A stretch of 64,000 bases of DNA, taken from NCBI GenBank assembly GCA_043228905.1, contig JBHGNT010000001.1, forward strand, positions 21,762,001 through 21,826,000, written 5' to 3'. Within the stretch, counting starts at the first letter, position 1, and every line of letters starts with the position of its first letter. Of this stretch, positions 46,117-57,400 are shown in pieces. A model generated the notes under the pieces. That model was not told where the DNA came from and did no database searches. It saw nothing but the letters and a program-made list of their open reading frames with translations. This DNA comes from Azolla caroliniana. Lineage: Eukaryota; Plantae; Polypodiophyta. A program made the position numbers and the translations under genes.

Positions 46117-48950
46117 TGTCGTGAAGATTCCGGGCCATGGTAAGAAACCGGGGAATATCGGAAGAATCGGCAGAGTGCATCATGTGCACTTACCCTTGTA
46201 AAAATGTGTGTATAATAGGGGTGCCTTTATGGCGCCGAGTAGGGGGTTTAGTCCAGTTTGGAGCTTGCATGTTCGAAGAGTTTTAGGCTTCTACCCTGTC
46301 TCCTATGCAAGACCCCGCTCGGCACGACGAGCCCGAGAGCTCCCCGATCAGCGGCTTGGCAACGGACTGCTATTCTAGAGACTCCGGCAATCGAGCCCAT
46401 TTGCCGACATAAGACCGGAGAGATAGAAGGCGCAAGCGAGGAGTCCTGGAACGATGCCAACGAAGATGAACGGGAAACGGCCTACAAGAAGGTCGAAGAC
46501 GGAGCCGTGGCAGAGAAGGAGGAAATGAGAGTCGGTGCCGAGGGGAGCGGAATCGGAAGTCGAACCGACAGAGGATCGGATTGGTCGGTATCCCGATTCG
46601 GGTGGAGCACAATCCGGACGTGGATCGTGTGACTAGGGCAAGCTTCAATATGAAAGTGCCTATATGGGAGAGGGTGTGGGACGAGCCGCCCTCTTTTACA
46701 TGGGGAGAAAGACCGACCAAGAGAAGGTCAGTAATCGGCAAGAAGATGATCAAGAGTACAGAATGATTCCAAAAGGATCGGCATCAGAACCGAGACTCTA
46801 AACATTGGAGAATCAAGCCCAGGCGGGGCTTGATCGATCATAGAGCGGATGCTTTCCACCAACACCACATCGGAGGTCATTACAAAATCGGTGGGTCCAC
46901 ATCTTGACCGGAGACTTCGGCAGTTTGGTCAGCATGGCAACGTGAGACTGAAAGAAATGGAAGATGGAGGCGGGAGCATAGCAAGGAGAGCGACGACGAG
47001 TTCGGGATAAGTACAAGGGATGAAGCGAAGAACGAAGGCCAGTCCTATGGGTCACCTCACACCGGATCTAGAGAATCCGGTGGTCGGCATCAGATCCGAC
47101 GTAAGACCAAGATACTGACGGACGGATGGACCTAGCAATCCAGAGAATGACGGACGGACCCGGACGAGAACCGGGCGGAGCGGACTTCCGGATAACCGAT
47201 CTGGGAGGGAGGAGAGAGCAGGCCTATGGAAAGGCCGGGAACACGATACGTTGGTACCACGGGAGAGGGTTTGGACCGAGCCGCCCTCTCAATTTTCGGA
47301 GAGAGACGACCTAGGATAAGGGTCCGAAATACGACGAGCCCAAGGAGGATCCTTCACACCAGTTCTTAGACTAGAGACTCCGGCGGTTGGCCCGAGAGTT
47401 GGTGTGAGACCTAGAGTGACGAATGGTGGCGGCGAGGGGACGAAGGCAAAGCAATGCGGATGGGCGGTCTCAGGAGATCCTCACACCGATCCGGCGGTCG
47501 GCCCGAGAGCCGGCATGAGTCCTATAGGAAAGGACGGTGGTGGCAGGTGAATGTGACCAGGACAAGAGGCCGACGGGAAGGTCAAGACAACGGCAAGAGG
47601 AAAATAGAAAGCGGTGCTGCCATGACCTTACACACACCGGTTCTAGAGACTCCAGCGTGACACCTAGAGTGACGAACAATGACGGCGAGGGGACAAAGGC
47701 AAAGGATTGCGGATGGGCGGTCTACGAAGATCCTCACACCGATCCGGTGGTAGGCCCGAGAGCCTGCATGAGTCCTATAGGAAAGGACGGTGGAGGCAAG
47801 AGAATGTGATCAGACAACAGAAAGCAAAGCGAAAAGAGGTATGAGGCCGGTGAGGCGGCCACGAACCGGATATGGACCCGACCGGCAGAGTCGGCAAAGA
47901 CAAAGATCGGACGCGCTTGGTACATGAGTTGGCAACGATGTTCGGGAGGACAGAAAGGGGACAAAGGTGTCAACAGCAGAAGCATTGAATAACCGAGGCG
48001 TCACGCGAATGAAGGAGGCCATGCAGGCTGGAATGTGGCAAGGGTGATCTTCCAGTAAGCTGTCGGGGACACCTGGTCAAGGAGCGGTATGCCGAGCCAG
48101 AAAGGCCACACCCGAAATCGGATCGGAAGACGTGTGTGTGGCCATTGAGGGCCAAAGCAAAGCACGGGTACGGAATGATGTTCGGCACAGGCGGTGCTGA
48201 ACAAGGAAGGCAGAAGACAGGACATGGCGGTGCCGGGAACGAGAGCACAGACGCGTAACAAACTGCACGGATTGGACACCAGAAACATGATCGAGGGCCG
48301 GAGAAGGATTCTCCACACCCTCTTAGGAGATCTCAGCGGCTCAGTCGGAGTGGTAACGATTGGCATGGCAAACCAAACCTGAGGTAACAAGCTGGTGGGG
48401 GGACGACGCCAAGTAGAAGGCTCCAAACCGGTGGCAGCAACGGAAGACGACGGTGGCCAAGCGGGCTACTACAGGGTGTTCCTCGTACGTGGAGGACACC
48501 GGTATGCGGAGAAGTGGCGATGCACGATCTAGCCAGGTGAGGGCCAACGACGCGTGTATGGGAAGTAACCGGAGTTCGGCATAGGCGGAGCCGAACACGA
48601 GTAGGGGATGCGTGGTAAACGGAGGTGCCAGAGCAGGAATACAGATGCGAAGATGGGTTGCCGGTCCAGGTGATCTCGCATAGAAGGCTAGAGAGGGATC
48701 CTCCACACTGGTTCTGGAGACCTTAGCAGCTCGACTGCCGTGGTGACGTAAGACCAAGGAGAAGGTTGATGGTGGCGAAGGGATGAAGGCGGTGGAGATC
48801 AACGCGGAATGAGAATCGGGACGACGCGAAGGTCGACGGAGGCCAAGTGGGCCATCACGGGTGCTCCTCGGACGGAGAACACCGCGTATCCGAAGGGACG
48901 GGAAGCGTGCATGCGGTCGAAAGAAGGGCCAATAGGGAAATACGTTCTCG
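46117..48950 (+). mobile_element. Unclassified GC-rich repeat block Y: either a plus-strand X-like element or an extension of the G4 LTR
   Basis: Starts TGTCGTGAAGATT like the X LTR. Carries copies of the X repeat unit and a ~280-bp-period internal duplication (47408-47540/47662-47795). No retro-domain ORFs. Confidence 0.5.
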
Positions 48951-49636
48951 CGTTGTTACGCGCGTGTGTGGAGAACAAGGCGGGACCACTAGGGTCTTGG
49001 ACCGAGGAATAGGTGAGGAAGCGAAAGGAGAGAAAGAGAGAGACACTCGCTCACGTATAGACAAAGAAGCGCACGGGGCGCTCGCACAACAACACAGGAG
49101 ACACGAGTTGAGAACACTAGAGTATGTATGTAACAATATGCATGTATTTGCGTGTATGCAAACGACTCGAACGGTTACAACCGGCCAGGTCGGCGAGGCG
49201 GATGCCGGCGCCTGATCACCCACGCACGCAGGAGAGCAAGATGGAGATTCTGCGGGAAGCACACGGGCGTTCCACGAAGCAGAATCAGCCTCTCGAGAAC
49301 TTGTGCCAAGAAAGCTATGGAGAACGACAGAGGAGAAGAGCTCGGTTCCAGTCCGACAACACTTCGTCCCCTCTAGCGCGCAATCCCCCCATCTCTCCCC
49401 CGTCTCCCTCTCTTTTATAGCTCAAGGAGGGAGGCCGTCTTGCCCGTTTACATCACATTAATTGTCTGTCCTTTCGGACAGAGATACTCCTCGATTCTCC
49501 CTATAGAATATTGCTACCTAGGATCTAACCCTTGCGCCTACCTATCTACTATACGACAAGGGACGTGCCCACGTGTAAGGGCCGGTTCACACACACTATA
49601 CACGGTTTGCGGTTGGGGACGGTTTTCTTCATGACA
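48950..49636 (-). repeat. 3' LTR of G4 (G3-LTR-homologous part; distal boundary uncertain)
   Basis: Shares collinear blocks with 17647..18381 (GGACAGAGATAC, CTTTTATA, AGTCCGACAAC, AAGGCGGGAC). Confidence 0.7.
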
Positions 49637-49714
49637 TCCGCCCCCACCTAACCGTGCATCCACCGGTATGCGCCAAAAATTGGGTTCCGGCTTGGAGAAA
49701 ACCGGTCCTTGCTT

Positions 49715-50663
49715 TTATTCCTCGTTAACCGGTTGGTCCTCCGCCTCGGGCTGCTCGTCGTTGCTGTCTGTGCCTCCTAGCTCCGGCTCACCGTCGTGTC
49801 GTTTCTTGAATGCTTTGATCCTCTTCCCCGCCACCGGTATCGCCATTCTCGTACCGTGGAGCTCCGTGAGATGGTACGTCCCATTGTCGTTGGCGCCTGT
49901 TACTACGTAAGGCCCGAACCACCTCCTCGCAAACTTCCACGTGGCCCGGTGCTGATTGTCGAGGCTGCTGTCGTAGATTAGCACCCAGTCGCCTTCCTCG
50001 ATCTTTTTTGGCCGGAGTCGGTGTGTTCGGTCGAACCGGGCTCTGTTCCTTATCCTCGCTACTCGAAGTTTCTCCACGGCTCGCGCTACGTCCTTCGGCC
50101 TCCGCTCAAGCTGTTGAATCCGCGCCGCCAGTAGTTCCTCCCGGCTCATCTCATTCCTCCAGTCCACCGTGGCCCACGAGGAGATCGTTCGCTCTATTGG
50201 CATGATCGGCTTCTGTCCGAACATTAGCTCGGCCGGCATGAACCCGGATACCGAACTGTGCGTAGTCCGGTCCGCCCACAGGGCATAAGGTAGCAGCCGT
50301 GGCCAGTCCCCGACTCGGCCTCCGCATGCCCGTACTAGCACTTTGACAATTAGCCCGTGTCCGCGCTCCACCGTTCGCCTCCAGATTGTATGTTGTGGTG
50401 AGCAAAAGTTTGACTCCTAGCCGGTCCAACAGCTCTTCGGCTTCTTCTGCGTCCAACTCGCCACGGTCAGCCACGATCTTCCCTACGCACCCGTATCGGC
50501 ATACTACGTCCTCAATCAAAAACCGGCATACGGCTGCCGTCGCCTTGTTTTGCAGGGCTCGGCCTTCAACCTGGTTTGTTAGATCTTCCTGAGCCAGCAC
50601 CAGATACCGCATCTGCCCTATCCCCATCGGCATCGTCACCAAATCCACCATCCACTTGAAGTG
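49715..50663 (-). pseudogene. G4 integrase core and C-terminus
   Basis: WMVDLVTM, VADRGEL, ALWADRTT, RWFGPY. Confidence 0.9.
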
Positions 50664-51054
50664 TGTTGTCTGCCTTGCCGGACTAGCCTCAACACAGGTG
50701 TCTATCCGACACTTCTCCAAAGGGGTGGTAAGGATTGAATGCTAGGTTACACGCGTAAGATGATTACAATTAAGCACAGACGGTAAAACAATACAGAGAT
50801 ACAGATAAACACGCAATAATTCTATTTGTATTACTTCCGTCAAAACGTTCATAAATCATCGGATCCTTTTATAGGCATCCGGCAAGGTTACAATCGGTGC
50901 GCTTAGGCAACCGGCATCCGAATCGGTCCGGATCCGGATCGGTACAACTGTACCGGATCCGTCCCTCCGAATAATAATTCTACTATTATTTACTTCCTAT
51001 TATCCGATCCGACTCTGCCTTCCCACTTGTCCTTGCTCTTCTGACCGGTCAACA
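50664..51054 (-). repeat. 3' LTR of G2
   Basis: TGTTGACC…GACAACA; TATA-like CCTATAAAAG on minus near 50870. Confidence 0.96.
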
Positions 51055-54002
51055 CATGGCACGCCCGTGGGAAAGTGCCTTGCACTTCGAATCCACCTCC
51101 AAAATATCGAGCACACTCTGCTCGATGGTGTCAAGTGGTGCTTCTTCCTCCAATTCCTGTTCCTTGCCTGCCTGGTCTCCAACCTCCGGTTGGGTTGGCT
51201 GTTCTGTAAAAATTTGTTGCTCCGGCTCTGCTTGATTCTGTGGTGCCGGTGCTTCCTCACCGCTCCGTCCGGGTTCTTCCTGTTCTCCCTCCATTCCCAG
51301 CTCTATTCTGTTACCAGTCTCACTTTCTCCGGTCTCGACTGGTCTGCTCGGTACGCCTTCTTCCTCTGCTCTGGTGTCTTCCGGTCTCAGCTCGTCTTCT
51401 TCTCCGGCATCGGTCTGCTCCTGCTCTTCTTGATTTCCTTCGAACGGAAGTTCTTCTTCGGGTATTCCTTGTCGGGGTTGTTCGGTGTCGGTTGGTTCAA
51501 CTTCAGCTGGTCCCTCTCCCTCACTTATAGTGATTGGCGTCGTTCTTCCCTTGGCTTCCTGTCGTAACCGGTCCTGCTCGTATTTCTCCAACTCCAACTG
51601 AGTTGCGAGCTGCCCGTCATCCAACCTCTCTACCAACCCTCGGATTTCGTTGAGATGTTCTTCCGCTAAAGCGTAGAAATCCTCCGACAATTCTTCCCGA
51701 ATGGCGACGATACTTTCTTCATCCATCTTGTAGAACTTGTCACCGGTCTTCCTCCAATTCTCGGCATCAGCTCGGAGTGTCTGCAGCTCGGCTGCCTGTT
51801 GTGACCACTCCTTCCATAGCTTTTCCGTACTTTCGTTGATGCTTGCCTGAGCTCGGGTACTCCAACCTGACATGATGAGCTTGATCCGGTCAACCCCCGC
51901 CTTAGCATGCGCATAAGCTTCTTGCTTTTCCTTCCTTGCCCGTTTTATAATGTCGGCCATTATCTGAGCCTGGGCCTCGTAATCCGCTTTCTGCTTTTCA
52001 TAGGTACTTTGCAGTTTGTTGATCGTGAAGGTCGATCTTTCCTTTTCTTCATTCCTGATCTTGGTCAGATCCAGCTTTTCCCGCCTTAGCGCCTCTAATT
52101 CCTTCCTTCTCTCCGTCGCTTGGGTTATTTCCGCCGACAATGCTTCCTTTTTGGCACTGACCTCATCCATTGCCTTAGCCAAATCTAATCGGGTCTCTTT
52201 GAGCTGTTCTTTCAGCTTCTCTATTTGCCGGTCGTAGTCTGTTGCCCGTTTCTTGTTGTCCGACTCGGCCTGCTTGTGATCTCGGTAGAGACGGTCGAAG
52301 TCCTCCATCTTTTGCTTCAGGCGTCGGTTTGCCTAAGCTCTTAACCGTTCATCCCGGTCCTTCTGTTGTCGGAGTTCTTCCTGCAGTCGTTCTATCTGCT
52401 GCTCGGCATGTCGACGCAGTCGGTCCTTCTCCTTTTGCAGCTTCTCTTTTTCTTCTTGCAGTCGGTCATTAGTGGCTCGGCCTTTCCGGAGGCCTTCTTC
52501 CATTTTCCTTCTGTCGTCCTCCACCGCTTTCTGCTTCTCCCTTTCTTTTTCCCTTAATGCCTCCTGAGCTTTTAACTCCTCTCGTAAGGTTTCTATTATT
52601 TTTTCGGTCTCAGGGCCAGTTTGCAAGGCTACCGGTTCCGGTTCTGGTTGCTTCCTTGTTGTCCCGACCGGCTCGGTGACAACTTGTGCTTGTTGAATTC
52701 CTTCCCTTGCCTGCAACAACTCCCCTTGCAATTCCTCGATCTGTGTTCGGAGCGCGACCAACTCCTGGGTTGTTGTATGCGTCAGATGTTGCCTACACGT
52801 TTCTTCTTCCTCTAACTGGTCCGCTACTCCCGATAACTGCTCCGAAAGCCATCTCAGCCATTGTGGCTTTGTGCTTCCTGTGTCGGGGTAGCCTTGCTCA
52901 CTTCTACTCCTTAACTCAAGCTGTTTTTCCGGCCTTTTCTCTGGCTCCGGCACTTGTTCATTCCTCTTCTCTGGGATGACCGGTTCTCTGAAGTCCGGCA
53001 AAACCGGTGTCGGTGCTGCTTCCCTCAGTACGGGTTCCGGTACTGCTTCCGCCTCGGCTACTAGAGGTGGTCCTTGTGCCCTCTGCTGAGTTTTGTCAAC
53101 TGGTGGAGCCGGTCCTTTCGCCCGTCTCTCCCGACCTTGTCTTGCTGGGAGTCTTACCAGTGGTTTGGATGAGTCTTCTGTTTCAGCTTCCTCCTCCGGT
53201 GCGGCTACCAGACGGACCTTTTGTATAAAGACCTCTGGTTCCGGTTCCGGCCGTCGCTGCGTTATATTGATTGGTTTGAGCGCTACCGGTTCCTCCTCGG
53301 CCGATTTCCCTTTGCCTTTTCCTGCCGGTTTTGCCTTTGTTGCCGGTTCCTGTTGCTGTCGGGATGGTCCTTCCCCCCGCTGTTCTGCTTCTTCCTGGGT
53401 CCATCCGGGGGTGTGTTTCTCCAGGATATGTCGGCGCTTTGTGACCTTTTTCGGCGTCGTCTCCTGCCGACCTCTTTTCTTTTGTTTGATGGGGAGCACT
53501 GGTGGGACTAACACCGTTAGCCATTGTGCTATCCCGGCCCATGGCTTTTTCCTTCCACAAGGTTCTTGATGGCCTCCTTCAATCCTTCGGTTATGAAATG
53601 AAGCCAGTCCACTTGTAATCCTTCGTACGTTGCAATTAAGAACGCTGCCCAGTACCTGGCTATGGCCGGGGGACGAGGATTCACGAATCCGTATTCCATC
53701 ATGGCGCGGGCCACTTCTCCGAACAACAGGTTCTCTCCGCCCCGTGTTCGGTACGCCTTGCTGCTGATAGAATACTCACCGAAATATTCGAACAGGATTT
53801 CACTTGAAGGGTTTTCGATTGTTTGAAGTCCTCCTGCTTTTATCCCCGTGAGCGCCTGCACCGCTCCTTCCGTGATTTCTGCTAAATCAATCGATGCTGC
53901 CGCCTGCTCTGGTTCTGCGTGTGGTGGAGCATCGGCGATCCGCAGCAATCCTTTTAACCCATTCTCCCTCATCCAATGGCGTGCCTCCTCCGACAGTGCC
54001 AT
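51049..54002 (-). pseudogene. G2 extra ORF, about 980 codons when joined (one frameshift, one stop)
   Basis: ORFs 53529..54266 (ATG at 54002), 52333..53514 and 51049..52308 are contiguous. E/K/Q-rich coiled coil. Stop codon lies inside the LTR. Confidence 0.8.
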
Positions 54003-54349
54003 TGGTTCGACTTCTTCTTCTGTTGTCTGTTGTTCGGGATCGGGTTGTGTGTGCGCTGTGTGTCGGATCGCTCTTCTGTGCTTCTGCGCCTGCGTGTAGG
54101 AAAATTCGTAAAAAGTAAGTCCTTCGCAGGCCTGTGTCTTATATAGTGGCTTTTGCCTCGAGCCGCCCTTTTTCGTTTCCCGCGCATGTTCATCTCCTGC
54201 CATAATTAGTATGTCCTTTCTTGCTTGCCGCGTGTGAGTGCCCACGTTCCATGCTTTAAATAGCAAGTACGCGCATGTCCTTCTTTACTTCATGGCGCCT
54301 CTTTGTTGCATGGTGGCGCTCCCACCTCTTGTGATCTCCCCATCACTAC

Positions 54350-54382
<33 letters not shown>

Positions 54383-54400
54383 CTGTTTGTTTGGACCACG

Positions 54401-57400
54401 TCATTTTCTGGTCCCCCCCGATTTGTTCGGGTCGGTTCGTGCTGATACCGGATCCTTCTGTCGGTTTTCCAGGATAGTCTTTGTAAGTATCGGTGTCGGT
54501 TCTTCCTCGGTTCGGATATCTTCGGCAGCGTCTGTCGGTGTCGGTTCCTCATCTTGCCGGATTTCCGGGTTTTGCTTGAACGGGTTGGCTGGCATATTTC
54601 CCTTATACGGCTTTAGCCGAAACCCATTTGCCCACTTACCGATGACATCTCCAAACAACGTGCCGAGCTGATACAACCCATTGTACTCCTTGGTGATCCA
54701 GAACGGTCCGGTCCACCGAAACCGCAACTTTCCCGGCATGTTCCCCATCCGTGTCTGGAATAGTAGCACCGGTTTCCCGACTTCGAACTCCTTTTCGTTG
54801 CCACGCCGGTGTCGGTCCACGAAAGCTTTTCTTCTCCTTTGCTCCAGTTCGAGTTGTAGTAAGCTGGCTATTCGGTTTTCTTCTAATTCCAACAACGTCG
54901 CCAGCCGGATTCGTTTGGACTCCTTCTCACTTAAGCGCTCCTTTACCTGGATCCGTAAGCTGGGGATCTGGAACTCTACCGGCATGACGCTTCTAAACCG
55001 AATGTTAGTCGGAACGGGGTTGTCCGGATGCTGGTTTTGTACGTTGTTCGGTACGCCCATAGCGCGCTTTGCAATTTCGTATCCCAGTCGGTCCGGTTCT
55101 CGTTGACGATTTTTCGTAGGATGTTCTGCAGAGTTTTGTTCGTTGATTCCGCTAGTCCATTGGCTTGAGGGTAGTAGGGAGTACTCCTTTTATGTACCAC
55201 CGCGTAAAATGACATCAGGCTTTCTACTACCTGCCCGAGAAAATGTCCTCCTTGGTCACTTATAAGCTCGATCGGGCATCCATACCGGCACCATATGCAC
55301 TCGTACAGAAACTTTGTCGTGGATGCGGCCGTGTTGTCCCGTAAGGCCTTTGCTTCTACCCATTTGGTGCAATAGTCGGTCGCCACTATGACATACCGAT
55401 TTCCGGTTCGCATTGCCGGTGGCTTGAAGGGACCGACAAAGTCCAAACCCCACTTTTGAAACGGTTCCAATGGCAAGACCGGGTGGTGTGGCATCCGAGC
55501 CTGCTCCGTGGGTTGGCCCAATCGTTGACACAAATCGCATTCTCTGCTATACTTCACGGCATCTTTTAGGGTGGTGGGCCACCACAGTCCGCTCTGCCAT
55601 ATTTTCCGAGCGGTTGCGTCGCCGGCATAATGCCCATCGGCAATTCCACAGTGGGCTTCCCTGAGGATTAAATCCTTCTCATCGCTCCGCACTGCTCGTC
55701 TCCAGATGCCATCTGCCCCCTTGTGATAGAGGGTGTCTCCAACCAAGCAGAAATGTCTGCTTCTTACTGCTACCCTTTTCCTTTCATCGCGGTCCATGTT
55801 CTCCGGGGGTACTCCGGTGCTCAGGAACTGATGCATCTCAGTTAGCCACGTGTCTTCATCGGCTACCGTTGCATCTATTGCCGGTTTCGTCGTGATCCGG
55901 AATAACTCGGCGTCGGGGAACTCATCCTGGACGCCCTCCCCTGCTTCTCCGGATTCGAGTCTGCTTAGGTAGTCCGCTACCGCATGCTGCGCCCGGGTCG
56001 GTGGAAAATGTCGAATTCAAATTCCTGTAACAGCAGTGTCCATCGTGCAATTTTTCCCGTCAGGGATGCCTTCGAGACCAGGTAGAGTAGTGCCAAATGG
56101 TCGACATGGAAGGAAAACTTCCTTCCGAGCAGATAGTGCCTGTACTTTGTGACACTATACACCATTCCCAATGCCTCGCGTTCCGTCGTAGAGTAGTTCC
56201 GTTCGGCTTTTGAGAGTTTCCGGCTTGCGTAGTACACCGGTCGGTACCATTTCGGCTCCGTGAGTTGCATCAGAACGTTGTCGATTGCTACGTCCGACGC
56301 GTCGACAAAGACGTGAAAGCTTTTACTCCAATCCGGCGGTTGCACCACCGGAGCTTGCGATAGCATAACCTTCAACGCTTGGTAGGCTTCCTCCTCCGTC
56401 TCCGCCCATAGGAAGGGTACCCTGTGTACGGCGGTATGTAATGGTGTAGCGAAGTCTGCGAGGTGCTGTATCATCCGGCTATGCCACCTTATTTGGCCCA
56501 GGAACCGGCTTAAAGCCTTTGCGTTATTTGGTGCTGGTGCCTCGAGAATCGCCTTGACTTTTTCCGGATCTACCGCGATTCCTTCCTTACTCACCACGTG
56601 CCCTAGTAAGTTGCCGCTTGCCACTCCAAAGACGCACTTGGCCGGGTTCAGACTCAACCGGTACTCGCGGCACTTCTCCAAGCACAGCCGAAGGTGATCG
56701 AGGTGCTCTCTGTGCCGGCTGTAGACCGCGAAATCGTCAAGGAAGACCTGCATAAAACCGGGGATATATTCCCCAAAAATTTCCATTATTATCCTTTGAA
56801 AGGTCGCTGGAGCCGTCTTTAGTCCGAACATCATCACGACCGCGACGAACACTCCCCATTCCGTAACGAACGTTGTCTTCTCCTGGTCGGCCGGGTTCAT
56901 TCGTATTTGGTTGTAGCCGCTAAATCCATCCAGGAAGCTGTAAACTTCGTGGCCGGCTACCGCATCTAACACCCCGTCCGTAAATGGTAGTGGAAACGCA
57001 TCGGTCACTGTTGCGGCATTTAGTTTGCGGTAGTCCACACATACCCAGATTTTGCCGTTCTTTTTCGGGACCACCACTATCGGACTCAGCCAGGTTGCCT
57101 GCTTGACCGGTCGGATAAATCCGACCCGGAGGAGCTTATCAATCTCCTCCTTCACCTTCGCCGCATAATTCGGATTCATCCGATACCTGCGTTGAGCGAT
57201 CGGTTTCGCGTCCGTACTTAGGTGAATTTGGTGCTGATAGAGCTGGGGGTCTAGCCCTCGCATGTCTTCGTACGACCACGCGAACACATCCTTGAAGTCT
57301 GTTAATAATGCTATCATTGCCTTCTTTTCTTCCTTCGGCAATTCCTTTGCGACATTTACCAGTCGGGGCTTGTCTGTTGTGCCGAGGTCCACCTCCTCTA

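Noticed and set aside
49655-49675. TGGCGCATACC as a second PBS upstream of the G3/G4 PPT
   Set aside because: Not adjacent to an LTR end, no tRNA match I can support, and the variation among copies fits CpG decay.
51057-51130. tRNA gene or SINE next to the G2 LTR
   Set aside because: Only about 16 nt resemble a tRNA 3' end; no cloverleaf or A/B boxes.
51049-52308. Host myosin/SMC-like coiled-coil gene
   Set aside because: Lies between the G2 LTRs, has no evident introns, and has a positional homolog in G1.
54354-54382. Poly(T) as a LINE/SINE or retrocopy tail
   Set aside because: No TSD or element body; G1 has an equivalent tract at the same position.
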